Shown here: positions 20,069-31,200 of the stretch, in pieces
How the letters are laid out: each line of letters opens with the position of its first letter
How positions within the stretch are numbered: position 1 is the stretch's first letter
NCBI GenBank assembly: GCA_964550955.1
Contig: CAZKAF010000001.1
Span: forward strand, 393,920 to 457,919
Origin: an uncultured Candidatus Saccharibacteria bacterium
Lineage (GTDB): Bacteria > Patescibacteriota > Minisyncoccia > Phycocordibacterales > CAIZLB01
DNA: 64,000 nt
Reading direction: 5' to 3'
Position numbers and translations under genes: made by a program
Notes under the pieces: model-generated
Told to the model about the DNA's origin: nothing
Database searches by the model: none
Seen by the model: the letters and a program-made list of their open reading frames with translations, nothing else

Positions 20069-20262
20069 ACGTGGTCACATTCTATCAGATTTTCATCTTT
20101 TATTCACGGAACAATTCACATGATTGCAGGAGCTTCAGGCTCTTGCAAAAGCGCCTCAAGAGCGGCGAATCGCTGCTTTCCGCGCAATGACCTCCGCCCC
20201 AAGAAAGCGGCTTCCTGAATCAGGAAGCCGTTTTTTACTTGGTTCCTTCTCAGCACGCAACA

Positions 20263-20958
20263 CTACTCATTCCCCCACTTCTTCAGCTCAAGCGCCTTGT
20301 GCGCCGCATTTTGCTCGGCTTCCTGCTTTGACTTCCCTTCGCCCGTGACGACCAAGTCGTCTTTCAAATACACGCCGACAGTGAAAACTTTGTTATGGTC
20401 AGGGCCGATTTCCTTGATTATCTTGTACGAAGGCGTGATGCCCGTCTTTTCCTGCGCGGCTTCCTGGAAAAAGCTCTTCGAATCGATGAACTTTTTATTT
20501 TCAACGATGTCGTCGATGAGGCCGAAAAGCTGCGACGATATGAACTTCGATGCCGCGTCATATCCCTGATCAAGATAGATTGCTCCGACGACGGCCTCGA
20601 ACGTGTTCGCGAGGATGTATTGCCGAGCTCGGCCGGTGTCCTTGGCTTCGCCTTTCGAGAGAAGGAGGAACGCGTTCGCGCCCATCTTTTCCGCGGCGGC
20701 GGAAAGCGTGTTCGAGTTCACGAGCGACGACCGGTATGCCGTCAGGTCGCCCTCCGCCTTTTCAGGATATTTCTCGTAGAGATATACCGTGATGACGAGC
20801 TCGAGGACCGCATCGCCAAGAAACTCGAGGCGTTCGTTGTGCTCGAGCTTGAGATTCTTGTTTTCATTGAGATATGACCTGTGAATGAAGGCCTGCTTGA
20901 GCAAGTCCTTATTCCTGAATTCTACCCCGATGCTTGCTTCGAATAGATGAAAGTCCAT
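20263..20958 (-). CDS. rnc: Ribonuclease III
   Basis: RNase III signature ERLEFLGDAVLELVIT plus a C-terminal dsRBD (KDDLVVTGEGKSKQEAEQNAAHKAL). Confidence 0.9.
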   Translation of the reverse strand: MDFHLFEASIGVEFRNKDLLKQAFIHRSYLNENKNLKLEHNERLEFLGDAVLELVITVYLYEKYPEKAEGDLTAYRSSLVNSNTLSAAAEKMGANAFLLLSKGEAKDTGRARQYILANTFEAVVGAIYLDQGYDAASKFISSQLFGLIDDIVENKKFIDSKSFFQEAAQEKTGITPSYKIIKEIGPDHNKVFTVGVYLKDDLVVTGEGKSKQEAEQNAAHKALELKKWGNE

Positions 20959-21030
20959 TGCTTTTGATTTAATCCTTATTTTGTATGTATATAATCCTGA
21001 CCACGCCGCAGGGAGAGCTCCTATTGACCC

Positions 21031-21951
21031 TTACGCTACCACATTTTGCTTTTTTAGCAATATCTGAACCGACTTGGTCACGATGGGCAGAATGTCGTTA
21101 TAAAAATTCAAGGTGAGGAGGTCTTTCGCGTTAAACCACTTGGCGTCGTCCAGCCCGCCGCTCTCTCCCAAAGTAAGCGGCACGTACTCTCCTTTTGCCA
21201 GGAAATACGTCACCTGCTTTCGCATCTTGCCCTCTTCGGGATGCGACGCGATATACTCGTTATGCGCCAGCTCCTCCTCGATGGAAACGTCGATGCCCAT
21301 TTCTTCCTTGACCTTCTGAGCGGTGCCGGCTGAGACGTCAAGCGTCTCGTCCAGCTTGCCCTTTGAAAGCGTCCAATGGCCGAACACGTCATGCACGAGC
21401 GCGAAATATATTTCGCCGTCATGGAATGCGTAGACGACCGCGCCGCCGAGCTTCTTGATCGGCATTTCTTCATATGGTACCTCCTTCTTCTCGGCCTTCG
21501 CCTTTCGGGTCGACACCTCTTCCTTGCCCGGCTCGCCCATTTCCTTGTAAACCGCGCCGAGCACGCCGTTCACGAACTTGCCCGATGTCTCGCCGCCGAA
21601 AGACTTGGCAAGCTCGATAGCCTCGTTGATGGCGACTTTTGCCGGAACCTCCTTCCTGTCGCCGAAGATGAGCTCATAAAGGCCGATGCGAAGCACGTTC
21701 CTGTCCACGATGGCAATCTTGGGAATCGGCCATTCCGGAGCGGCCTTCTCGATGATGAGGTCGATGTCCTGCCTTTTTTTCAGGACCCCGTCAGCCAGGT
21801 TTTTTATAAAAGAAAAATCGCCCATGCCAGGAGCGAACTCTTCCGTGTTTTTGTGGAGGATGTCAGAAATAGCAGTCTCAGGGAGATTTCGAAAATCCCA
21901 TTCAAAGAGTGATTGCAGAGCTATTGATCGTGAAAGGTGCCTGTTGGCCAT
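21031..21951 (-). CDS. nusB: Transcription antitermination factor NusB fused to a C-terminal NUDIX-like hydrolase domain
   Basis: N-terminal about 140 aa match NusB (MANRHLSRSIALQSLFEWDF..., AIVDRNVLRIGLYEL). After a K/E-rich linker, the C-terminal about 140 aa show a NUDIX fold with a degenerate box GKLDETLDVSAGTAQKVKEEMGI. Confidence 0.65.
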   Translation of the reverse strand: MANRHLSRSIALQSLFEWDFRNLPETAISDILHKNTEEFAPGMGDFSFIKNLADGVLKKRQDIDLIIEKAAPEWPIPKIAIVDRNVLRIGLYELIFGDRKEVPAKVAINEAIELAKSFGGETSGKFVNGVLGAVYKEMGEPGKEEVSTRKAKAEKKEVPYEEMPIKKLGGAVVYAFHDGEIYFALVHDVFGHWTLSKGKLDETLDVSAGTAQKVKEEMGIDVSIEEELAHNEYIASHPEEGKMRKQVTYFLAKGEYVPLTLGESGGLDDAKWFNAKDLLTLNFYNDILPIVTKSVQILLKKQNVVA

Positions 21952-22060
21952 ATCAAAGTTATATTTCTTGCTGTCCTTAAGTGTACACTAAATAATCGAA
22001 GCGCTCAACATGCGAGTAAAAATAAAAAGCGCAGGCCTCCGATGAGGAACGCGGCTTTTA

Positions 22061-22291
22061 TTATTTGCTTCGAGTTGATTTTTTAGACTTGTCCGCTGCC
22101 TGAGCCTTGTCCGCCTTAGCTGACATTTCGAGTACGTCGTTTCCTTTGTACTGTCCGCAGTGCGAACATGCGATATGCTTGAGCTTAGGCTGACCACAGT
22201 TAGCACACAAAATAGAGCCTACGCCGGCTAGGGCGTGATGACTTCGCCTATTCCGAGTATGACCTCGGGTATGTCGCATATGATTTACCAT
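22061..22291 (-). CDS. rpmF: 50S ribosomal protein L32
   Basis: MVNHMRHTRGHTRNRRSHHAL...CANCGQPKLKHIACSHCGQYKG matches the L32 N-terminal motif and zinc-ribbon cysteines. -10 TATACT 8 nt upstream of the ATG, no SD. Confidence 0.85.
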   Translation of the reverse strand: MVNHMRHTRGHTRNRRSHHALAGVGSILCANCGQPKLKHIACSHCGQYKGNDVLEMSAKADKAQAADKSKKSTRSK

Positions 22292-22399
22292 AGGGCTTCA
22301 GTATACTCATTTTTTGAATATTGGCAACATGGCGAAAGGGTTCCGGATGATCTTCCGTGCCGGCTTCCGGCCCTGCGGCCCTGCAAGCCCCGGACTCCG

Positions 22400-22765
22400 T
22401 TATTTCTTTTCGGCAAGCTGATGAATGAGGACCGCATTGCCTTCAGAATCCTTTATGGAAGCCATCTGGCAGGTCGGATAGCTTTGAGGCTCGATCAGGA
22501 ATTCCACGCTTGCCGACTTGAGCTTGTCTATGACCTCTTGGAAGTCGGCCACCTCGAGCGCCATCGAGGGACCCTGAGTAGTGGGCTCCCAGCCGGGCAT
22601 CTTTCCAAGACTGAGGGCGCTGTCGCCTATCAAGAATTCCGTCCAGCTTTCGCTCGCCTCGTCAAACTCCGGATTCAGGGCCAACCCGAACATCTCCTGA
22701 TAAAACTTCCGGGCACGCGCCATGTCTGTCACGGGGTATGCCACGAAACCGATTGACTTGATCAT
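22400..22765 (-). CDS. Glyoxalase/VOC-family protein
   Basis: MIKSIGFVAYPVTDMARARKFYQEMFGL is a typical VOC beta-alpha-beta-beta-beta module start. Start chosen at MIKSIG rather than the longer ORF-track start at 22924. Confidence 0.5.
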   Translation of the reverse strand: MIKSIGFVAYPVTDMARARKFYQEMFGLALNPEFDEASESWTEFLIGDSALSLGKMPGWEPTTQGPSMALEVADFQEVIDKLKSASVEFLIEPQSYPTCQMASIKDSEGNAVLIHQLAEKK

Positions 22766-22877
22766 GTTATTTTCATTAAGTTGTAATGAAGAAATCATAG
22801 CATATGGCATCCTTGCCATACAGGATGCCGGCTTAAGTAAACATTCATGTTGGTCTTTTTTTTGCAAAGATGAATCC

Positions 22878-22911
22878 ATGAAAACAGCGCAGAGTACGGG
22901 ACTCTGCGCTG
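22878..22911 (-). terminator. Terminator of purK
   Basis: 10-bp stem cagcgcagag/ctctgcgctg, with a T-run on the minus strand. Confidence 0.65.
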
Positions 22912-22947
22912 CAATTTCCAACACGGCTTCGGCCGGGCTTAAGGGGC

Positions 22948-24123
22948 TTAAGACTTTACGACCCGGCCGATTGATTCGCGGCGAGGAACGAGACGGGCTT
23001 TCGGCTTGCCGGGCATGCCGATCGAATCATATTCGACGATGTGCCCGAGCTTGCGTCCGGGCTTGGGGCCTTTTCCGTACCAATGGAATGATTTCCGAGG
23101 ATCATTCTCCAAGCTTCCGTGAACCGCTTCGTCCAAGGAACCGATGATATTAGTCATCATCCCGAAGCAAACCGCTTCCGGCGAGCCGAGCGGCAGGCCG
23201 GCAACGGCCCGGATATGCTGCTCGAACTGCGAAGTCCGGGCGCACTCGATCGTGACATGTCCGCTGTTATGAGGACGAGGCGCGATTTCGTTGAAGAGCA
23301 CGGCGCCGTCCTTCAGGACGAACATCTCCACTGCCAGAAGGCCGACAATGTCGAGATCCGACGCGATCTGAGAAGCCATTCCGACGGCCTGCCTGATTAC
23401 GTCATCCCTGTGCGTCCCGCAAAACGTCCGACCGAGCGGCCAGCGCGTCGTGCGCAGGATTCCTCCTTCATGATGATTTTCGAACGGATCGTACGCGACA
23501 ATTTCCCCGTCCTGATCCCGGGCCAAAATGACCGAGATTTCATGACTGAAATTGACGACCTCTTCCGCGACGCAGGGGACGTTCCCGAAAGATTCGAAAG
23601 CTTCCCCCAGCTCTTTTGCCGAGGCGACCCTTCTTTGCCCCTTGCCGTCATATCCGCCTGTAGCAGTCTTGATGATCGCCGGATACGCATTGACCTGAGA
23701 CAGGTCATCGGCGCGTTCGATAATCCAAAACTCGGGAGTCTTGATTCCGAGCCTCCGTGCCATCTTTTTCTCGGATGCCCGATTCTGCGATGTTTCCAAA
23801 GCCCTGCGTCCCGGATAGAACGAGGGAGCCTCGTCATCGGACAGGCTTTCGAGAAAGTCCAGAACCGAAAGCGGGATGCTTTCGAATTCCAGCGTGACGA
23901 CGTCCAAGTCTTGGAAAAACTGCCAGAGCATGTCCTCGTCGTCATACGGAGCGATGATGTGCGGCGAAACGTCGCATGCGCATCCGTGCGCGTCGGTGAA
24001 GACCATGGTCTGAAATCCGAATTTGTGAGCGGCCTGAGCCAGCATCTTGCCGAGCTGGCCTCCGCCCAAAATGCCGATTTTCAATCTGCTGCCAAATAAG
24101 CCTGATCCTGAATTCATTTTCAT
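22948..24123 (-). CDS. purK: N5-carboxyaminoimidazole ribonucleotide synthase (ATP-grasp)
   Basis: KIGILGGGQLGKMLAQAA N-terminus, ATP-grasp core, C-terminal GKGPKPGRKLGHI. Unlike most genes here, it has a Shine-Dalgarno-like AGGAAAGGA 10 nt upstream. Confidence 0.7.
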   Translation of the reverse strand: MKMNSGSGLFGSRLKIGILGGGQLGKMLAQAAHKFGFQTMVFTDAHGCACDVSPHIIAPYDDEDMLWQFFQDLDVVTLEFESIPLSVLDFLESLSDDEAPSFYPGRRALETSQNRASEKKMARRLGIKTPEFWIIERADDLSQVNAYPAIIKTATGGYDGKGQRRVASAKELGEAFESFGNVPCVAEEVVNFSHEISVILARDQDGEIVAYDPFENHHEGGILRTTRWPLGRTFCGTHRDDVIRQAVGMASQIASDLDIVGLLAVEMFVLKDGAVLFNEIAPRPHNSGHVTIECARTSQFEQHIRAVAGLPLGSPEAVCFGMMTNIIGSLDEAVHGSLENDPRKSFHWYGKGPKPGRKLGHIVEYDSIGMPGKPKARLVPRRESIGRVVKS

Positions 24124-24402
24124 GAGCTGATTCCTTTCCTGGTTGGTTTGTATTCTGTTGTCTGAGTTGAACTGACCTGACCGAAATCGTACCCCGCCGA
24201 GGCTCGATTTGCAAGATTGCTAATGATAGCTTATTTCAGCTCCATCTTCAAAATGTCGACGGCATCCTCCAAAGTCGAGTATTCGCAGACTTTTATGTAC
24301 GAATTTCCGGAAACCATCGCCGACAACCTCTTTCCTTCCGACCTTCTGTACAGGCACAATATTCTTTTGCCCATCGCCTGCGCCTGGCCGAGCATGCCGT
24401 GA

Positions 24403-25206
24403 CTACTTCAGATGTTCCTCGAGAAAAGCGAGCGTCTTGTCCCACGCGTCCCGCGTTTCATTCGGCGCATAGCTCATTCCGGACGGATTCGCAAATGCAT
24501 GGCCCACCCCCTTGTACATGTGAATTTCATTTTGTACTCCGAGTTCGTCAAGGGCGGATTCGAACTGACTGACGCTCTCGACGGAGATGACCTGGTCCTG
24601 ATCCCCGAAGATTCCGAGAACCGGCCATCCGATAGGTTCCAGGGCTTGGGTCGTTGTCGCCAGCCTTCCGTAGTAAATGACCGTCGCGTCAAGCGGTTCT
24701 GACAAGGAGAGCTGGAGCGACTGAGCGCCGCCGAAGCACCAGCCGAGCGAGGCGATCTTGACCGCGCCCTTCGCCTTCAGAAACTTGACCGCGGATTTCA
24801 TGTTTGCAAGGCCGGCTTCCTGCTTGAAAGCGGCTGACAGGGCACGAGCCTCTTCCTGCGTTTCGACGGGCCCGCCCAAGAGGTCGACCGCGAGAACCAT
24901 GTATCCTTCTCGCGCCAATTGCTCGGCCGCGGCCTTCGTCTCAGGGCGAAGTCCCCTGTTCTCGTGAATCATGACGACGCCCGGATATTCGCCGGGAGCT
25001 TCAGGCCTCGCGAAATGCCCTTTCGCGCCGGCAAAATATTCAATGTCAGATTCGATGACGATAGGCAGGTTATTCTCGGTCCGCAGCGCCTCGACATTTT
25101 TTATCTGAGAAATCTCTTCGATAGTTTTCCTGGCTTGTAAATCATATGCATAAATTCCTCCGGCAATTATCAAGACCGCCGCAAGCATGTACGTTATTTT
25201 CTTCAT
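24403..25206 (-). CDS. Dienelactone hydrolase-family alpha/beta hydrolase (membrane-anchored or secreted)
   Basis: N-terminal hydrophobic anchor, HENRGLRPETKAAAEQLAREGYMVLAVDLL, and nucleophile elbow ASLGWCFGG. Start at MKKITYM, following extended -10 TGCTAATAT. Confidence 0.65.
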   Translation of the reverse strand: MKKITYMLAAVLIIAGGIYAYDLQARKTIEEISQIKNVEALRTENNLPIVIESDIEYFAGAKGHFARPEAPGEYPGVVMIHENRGLRPETKAAAEQLAREGYMVLAVDLLGGPVETQEEARALSAAFKQEAGLANMKSAVKFLKAKGAVKIASLGWCFGGAQSLQLSLSEPLDATVIYYGRLATTTQALEPIGWPVLGIFGDQDQVISVESVSQFESALDELGVQNEIHMYKGVGHAFANPSGMSYAPNETRDAWDKTLAFLEEHLK

Positions 25207-25328
25207 ATAGAACATATTAGCATTTTTTAAAAATTACTACATGAATTTATGCTCAACTCCTCAAGCTGGCGACCCGCCGAATCTCATGCGAAGAGCCTCC
25301 GAAGCGGTTTTCTTTCCAGACCTGCCGC

Positions 25329-26114
25329 TTACAGCTGCACGGTCGTTGTCGGCCTGCCGCCCTGCGGCTGCGCCTTATTGAATCCCGAAAATGCCTGCAG
25401 CGTCTCGAGCGGAACCGCAAAGACGACCGTATTCGAATGATCGGAAGAAATGTCGTTCAGGGACTGCAGCGTCCTGAGATGAAGCGCTCCGGGAACCGCC
25501 GAGAGGACGGAAGCGGCCTGAGCCATGTTCTGAGAAGCGGCGAGCTCTCCTTCCGACGTGATGATGACGGCCCGCTTCTCCCGTTCCGCTTCGGCCTGCT
25601 TCGCGATCGTTCGCTCCATGTTTTCAGGAAGCTTCACGTCCTTGAGCTCGACGCTCGACACGTCGATTCCCCACGAAGCGGATACTTCTTCCACAAGCTG
25701 CTCGATTCTCGTCGCAACCCTGTCTCTGCTGGCAAGAAGCTCGTCGAGCGAGACCTCTCCAACAACGTTTCGCATGGTCGTCTGCGCGTACTGCATGATG
25801 GCCTGCTTGAAATTTTCTATTTCAAGAATCGCCTTCTCGGCAACCGCGACCCGGTAGTAAATAACCGCGTTCACATTTACCGGCACGTTGTCCTTCGTGA
25901 TGGCATTCTGATCGGGCACGTCCACCGCCTTTGTTCGAAGGTCTATTTTCTGATACGTCTGAATAATCGGCCAGACAAGCCTCCAGCCCGGATTCATCAC
26001 CTGATGAAATTTTCCGAACATGAACTTTACGCCTTTTTCATATTGATTGATCTGCCTGATGGAGATGAGGATGACGAAAAGCACTATCCCGAGCGCGGTT
26101 AAGATGTAAATCAT
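25329..26114 (-). CDS. SPFH/band-7 (stomatin/prohibitin-like) membrane protein
   Basis: N-terminal TM helix followed by a band-7 domain (IDLRTKAVDVPDQNAITKDNVPVNVNAVIYYRV...). Start at MIYILTALG. TATAAT about 45 nt upstream. Confidence 0.75.
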   Translation of the reverse strand: MIYILTALGIVLFVILISIRQINQYEKGVKFMFGKFHQVMNPGWRLVWPIIQTYQKIDLRTKAVDVPDQNAITKDNVPVNVNAVIYYRVAVAEKAILEIENFKQAIMQYAQTTMRNVVGEVSLDELLASRDRVATRIEQLVEEVSASWGIDVSSVELKDVKLPENMERTIAKQAEAEREKRAVIITSEGELAASQNMAQAASVLSAVPGALHLRTLQSLNDISSDHSNTVVFAVPLETLQAFSGFNKAQPQGGRPTTTVQL

Positions 26115-26520
26115 GGTAGTAGTGAAATTAAGATAAATTGTTAATGCTTGTATGCCGCAATTATAGCATTTTATATGGAAATCCGAGGCGGAAAAAAGGG
26201 TGCCTGCGCGCATGGCACAGACACCCTGGGGGTTTTTGAGAGGCAGGTCATTAGCAATGACAGACCCGATGATTTTTGGGCGGGCCAGACGGCGGCTTGC
26301 GGCCGGCACCTCCCTTTTCACGATTTGCTGGGCTCTTCGGTTTGCCTCGCGGCGGCTGTTTCATTGCCATGCTTTGTACCTCGATTTGATGTTATCTCTG
26401 AATGCCCAGGCACGTCGGTGCGCCTGGACCATATTAATATACAACTGTTTTTAAATCAGTCAAGCTCGGCTCATGCCGAGTATCGCCCCTTCCGGCTTTG
26501 CCTGTCATGGCGCAGCGCGC

Positions 26521-27339
26521 TCAAGCTTTGACAGCCCTTCTCTCGGATTTAAAATGCTTCAAGTACGCGACGATGATGAAGCTTATTATCACCATCAGGA
26601 ACCACGAGGTTATCTTGTGAGTCGATACGGCGGTCCATTCATGAATCTGATCGGGATACTTCCATGCGCCCAGATACGTCGAAATATTCTCAGCAATCCA
26701 TATGAAGAACGCGATGAGCATGAACGCCACATTCATGCTCATGGAGCGGCGGATATCGGTGACCGTAAAGTACGCCCGAGCCTTCCAAAACAGCATGAAG
26801 ATGGCGGCTATCAGAAAGAGGCGGAAATCGTATATATAGTGATTGGTGAAGAAGTTCAGATAGATGAGAAAGCCCAGAATCACGCTGGCCGCATAGTTGT
26901 CATAATGAGTGAGCTTGAGCTTCATCACTTTCCAGGCTTGGCTGATATAGCTTCCGACAGCCGCATACATGAAGCCGCTGTAAAGAGGAACGGTGGCAAT
27001 CTTGAAGAAGCCTTCTTCGGGATAGCTCCACGACCCGACGCCGGGACTTGTCTTGTAAAGTTCCAAAACCAGGCCGATGATGTGAAACAGAAAAATGACC
27101 TTGACCTCGTCTTTCGTTTCAAGCTTCGTGACATACAGGACGGCTTGTATGAGAATCGCGAACACGAACAAGAAGTCGTACCGCGCCATGCCGAAGACTG
27201 AAACATAATTCGAGACAAAAAGCAGGGCGATGAATGATCCGGCAAAAATGGCCGCCCGGGCCTGCTTCAGCCCGAAGATGATGAATTCCGCAAGGCCCAG
27301 ACCGAACGCGCGATTTAAAATTTTAGTCAGAGATTCCAT
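26521..27339 (-). CDS. Integral membrane protein (DUF817/YoaT-like, tentative)
   Basis: 272-aa protein with about 8 predicted TM helices. Family call is from memory only. Confidence 0.35.
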   Translation of the reverse strand: MESLTKILNRAFGLGLAEFIIFGLKQARAAIFAGSFIALLFVSNYVSVFGMARYDFLFVFAILIQAVLYVTKLETKDEVKVIFLFHIIGLVLELYKTSPGVGSWSYPEEGFFKIATVPLYSGFMYAAVGSYISQAWKVMKLKLTHYDNYAASVILGFLIYLNFFTNHYIYDFRLFLIAAIFMLFWKARAYFTVTDIRRSMSMNVAFMLIAFFIWIAENISTYLGAWKYPDQIHEWTAVSTHKITSWFLMVIISFIIVAYLKHFKSERRAVKA

Positions 27340-27372
27340 GATGCAATCAATATTATCATTATTTGCGCCTGA

Positions 27373-28149
27373 TCAGATAAGCCGGCGCAGAAAGGTCTTT
27401 CTGTGCTCTTTGCAAATTCCGTGCCTTGAAATCGCGTTCCGATGCCTCTGCGTCCCATACCCCTTATGCGCGCCGAACTCATACGCCAGATATTCAGCTT
27501 TTCCTGAAAGCTTCTTCATGTAGGCGTCCCTGCTGACTTTTGCAAATATAGAAGCGAAAGAAATTACCAGCTCCTTCTCATCCCCCTTGATGATCGTATG
27601 CTGATTCCCAAAGATTTGCGGAGCTTTCAGGCTGCCATCCAGCAGCACCAGGCATTCGTCTTCGGTCGCGCCGGCCAGCGCGCAATGCTTCTTGAGCAGA
27701 ATTTCGATGGAATCCCTGATGCACGCGCTGATTCCCTTCGAATCTATTTCCCGCGCCGACTTCGACGCGTATAGAAAATTTACGGCGCGATGCCCCGGAT
27801 TGCGGCCATTGCCGGAAACGCTCGAGTTGCCGGCGAGCCCGGCACCGAACATGCCATTCGGCTTAAACGCGCCTTTATTTATTTTTGAGAAAAATTTGAA
27901 CCATTCTTCGCGCACGGCTTCCTTGATCTTCTTCGAGTCCTTCCCGAGCGCATACTCAAGCGACGATTTCTTCATTTCTTTCTTATAGAGACTTAACAGC
28001 TGCTCGTATGACCGAGCAACGGTTCCCTTGTACGAAACGGCGCACAGGCCGATGCCGACGGGACCGGCCAGCGGACCGCGCCCGACCTCGTCAATGCCGA
28101 TGAGCCATTTTATCTGTCTTTTTGGGCGTTTCCTCGCATGAGCGCTCAT
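27373..28149 (-). CDS. rnhB: Ribonuclease HII
   Basis: IGIDEVGRGPLAGPVGIGLCAV active-site region, with internal insertions. Confidence 0.8.
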   Translation of the reverse strand: MSAHARKRPKRQIKWLIGIDEVGRGPLAGPVGIGLCAVSYKGTVARSYEQLLSLYKKEMKKSSLEYALGKDSKKIKEAVREEWFKFFSKINKGAFKPNGMFGAGLAGNSSVSGNGRNPGHRAVNFLYASKSAREIDSKGISACIRDSIEILLKKHCALAGATEDECLVLLDGSLKAPQIFGNQHTIIKGDEKELVISFASIFAKVSRDAYMKKLSGKAEYLAYEFGAHKGYGTQRHRNAISRHGICKEHRKTFLRRLI

Positions 28150-28224
28150 ATGCGCACATTGTACAACATATTAAATTCGCGCAAGGCTTTATAATTTTTA
28201 ATTTAAATTTTATACTGTATTCAT

Positions 28225-31200
28225 ATGGCAAAGGCTCCAGCTAAAGACATCGTCGCGCCGGAACACGCTGATCCGAAAAGCGCGCGCCGCTACGTGCACT
28301 TGCATACGCACACTCACTATTCGCTCCTTCAGGCGCTGCCGAAAGTTCCGGACTTGGTCAAGAAATGCAAGGCGTACGGCATGGACGCCTTGGCAATCAC
28401 GGACAACGGAAACATGTATGCGACCATCGAATTCGTAAAGGAAGTCGACGGCACCGGAATCAAGCCTATCATCGGGGTTGATTTCTTCGTTGCCATTCGA
28501 ACGAGGCATGACAAGGAGCCGCGAATCGACAACAAGACGAAGAAGCTCGTCCTTTTGGCGAAAGACAGCGAGGGATATCAGAACCTGGTAAAGCTCGTCA
28601 CCCGCTCGAACTTCGAAGGCTTCTACTACCGGCCGCGAATCGACAAGGAACTGACAGAGCAGCACTCGGAAGGGCTCATTGCCATACTTCCCTCTTTCGG
28701 AGGCGAAGCGGCAGCGCATGCGCGAACGGGAAATCTGGAAGAAGCGAAGAAGGTCGTCGAGTACTACAAGTCGATTTACAAGACATCGCTTGACCCGAAA
28801 GAGAGCAACCTGTTCATAGAGATTTCAGTTCACGACGACGTCGAGGATCACAAGCAGACGATGGAGAGAATGATCCAGGTTGCCAGGGAATGCGAAGTTC
28901 CGATCGTTGCGGGCCATAACATTTTCTATACGAACCCGGATGACAAGAAAGCCAGGACGACGCTTCTCTCGGTTCAGAAAAGCTTCTCAAGCGGGCCGGT
29001 GGAAGATGCCGAGGGCGATTTCTCGTTCAAAAGCAAAGAGGAGATGTTCATGCTTTTCCGCGACTTGCCGGAAGCCATAGACAACACGGCCGTCATCGCG
29101 GACCGATGCACGCTTGAGATTCCGCTTGGCAAATGGGTGTTCCCGAAAATGGAAGTCGATGAGAAGTTCAAAGATTCTGAAAAGCCATATGACGAGCAGC
29201 TTCGGGACATCGTCTACAAGGGATTTGAAATAAAAAATGTCGAAAAGACTCCCGAAACTTTGAAGCGAGTCGAGTACGAGCTCGAAGTGATCAGGAACAA
29301 GGGGTACGCGCCGTACTTCCTCGTAGTGGCGGACCTCCTCAGGTATGCGAAAGAAAACGGAATTCTCTCGAACATTCGAGGGTCCGTATCCGGCTCGATG
29401 GTCACGTATCTTTCCGGCATCACCAAAATCGACCCGCTCGAATACGAGATTCCGTTCGAGCGATTCTTGAACCCCGACCGTCCGTCCGCGCCCGACATCG
29501 ACATGGACTTCGCCGATAACCGCCGAGACGAGATGGTGGAATACACCCGAAACAAGTATGGCCGGGACAAGGTGGCCCAGATCGGAACGTTCGGAACGAT
29601 GGCCGCAAGAGGCTCGGTGCGCGACGTGACGCGAGCGCTCGGCTTCCCTCTCGCGCTCGGCGATCAGATTGCCAAGATCATTCCGATGGGCAAGCAAGGA
29701 TTTCCGATGACCATCGACCTGGCGCTTCAGACAGTTCCCGAGCTCAAGGACCTGTACAACACGAACCCGGACGTCCAGAAGGTCATCGACATGGCGAAGA
29801 AAATCGAAGGCTGCGCGAGGCACATCTCCATCCATGCGGCAGGCGTCGTCATTTCCCCTACGGAAATTACCGACTACACCCCGCTTCAGTACGATCCCAA
29901 AGGCGAGATGAAAATCATCACGCAGTACGACATGTATTCGATCGAGGATGCAGGCCTCTTGAAATTCGACTTCCTCGGACTGAAGAACCTTTCCATCATC
30001 GCCGACGCGGTCGAGATTGCCGAAGCCCGAAACAAGGACAAGGGCCTGAAGATCGACATCGACACCATCCCCCTCGATGACATGAAGACATATGAAATGC
30101 TTCAGCGAGGAGAGACTGAAGACTTGTTCCAGCTGAACGGCGACGGCATGACGCGCTTCCTCAAGGAGCTCAAGCCGAACTCCATCCATGACATCAACGC
30201 CATGGTTGCCTTGTACCGACCGGGACCGCTCCAGTTCATCCCGGACTACATCGCCCGAAAGCATGACCCTACGAACATTCCGGACATGGACCCGGCCGTA
30301 TATGAAATTCTCAAAAAGACGTTCGGGGTGCTCGTATACCAAGATGACCTCTTGATGATGGCGCACCTCCTCGCGGGATATAGCTGGGGAGAGGTAGATA
30401 AATTCCGAAAAGCCGTAGGTAAGAAAATTCCGGAGGAAATGGCATTGCAGAAAGAAAAATTCATCAAGGGCTGCATGACGCATAGCGGCTGGACGAAGGA
30501 ACGTGCGCAGGACGTATGGGTGAAAATCGAGCCGTTCGCCTCATACGGCTTCAACAAGGCCCACTCGGTGTCATACGGGCGAGTGGCGTACATCACCGCA
30601 TACCTCAAGGCCAACTATCCGGCCGAATACATGAGCTCGGTCCTTACCCATGAATCAGGCGACGTCGAGAAAGTGTCAGTCTCAGTACAGGAATGCAAGC
30701 GAATGGGAATCCAGGTGCTCGCTCCCGACGTCAATGAAAGCTATGGAAACTTTACCGTAGTCGACGGCAAGATTATCCGATTCGGGCTCTACAGCGTGAA
30801 GAACTCCGGAGAAGGGATTGCCGATGCCATCATCAATGAGCGGAAGAAGAACGGGCCGTACAAGCATCTTGAAGATTTCCTAAACAGGGTGAAGGACAGG
30901 AATTTGAATAAAAAATCGATGGAATCGCTGATCAAGGCCGGCGCCTTTGACATGTTCGGAGACCGAGGAGTTCTCCTGGCCAATCTTCCAGACCTTCTCG
31001 AATACAACAAGGAACAGGCTCGAATGCCGGAAAACCAGGATTCCCTCTTCAGCATGTTCGGGGAAATGACGACGGCATCCGACGGAACGAGCGCGCCGAC
31101 GCAGCACCTGAAGCTTCAGGACGCCGCCAAGGCTGATCCGACGGAAAAGCTCCTTTGGGAAAAGGAGCTTCTGGGCTTGTACATCTCGGGACATCCGCTC

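Noticed and set aside
24124-24402. Purine riboswitch in the 279-nt gap upstream of purK.
   Set aside because: No match to the conserved purine-aptamer core (UAUA...GGAUAUGG...CCGUAAAU...GACUAUG) on the transcribed strand. purK has an ordinary SD instead.
28987-30483. 498-aa minus-strand ORF antisense to dnaE. Similar long antisense ORFs: 10929-11948 in valS, 14617-15594 in rnr, 19262-20065 and 18029-18730 in smc, 53220-54074 in the helicase, 43105-44040 in gyrB, 23119-24099 in purK.
   Set aside because: They overlap well-supported conserved genes on the opposite strand. They have Arg/Ala/Gly-biased low-information composition typical of spurious frames in GC-rich DNA, and no recognisable motifs.
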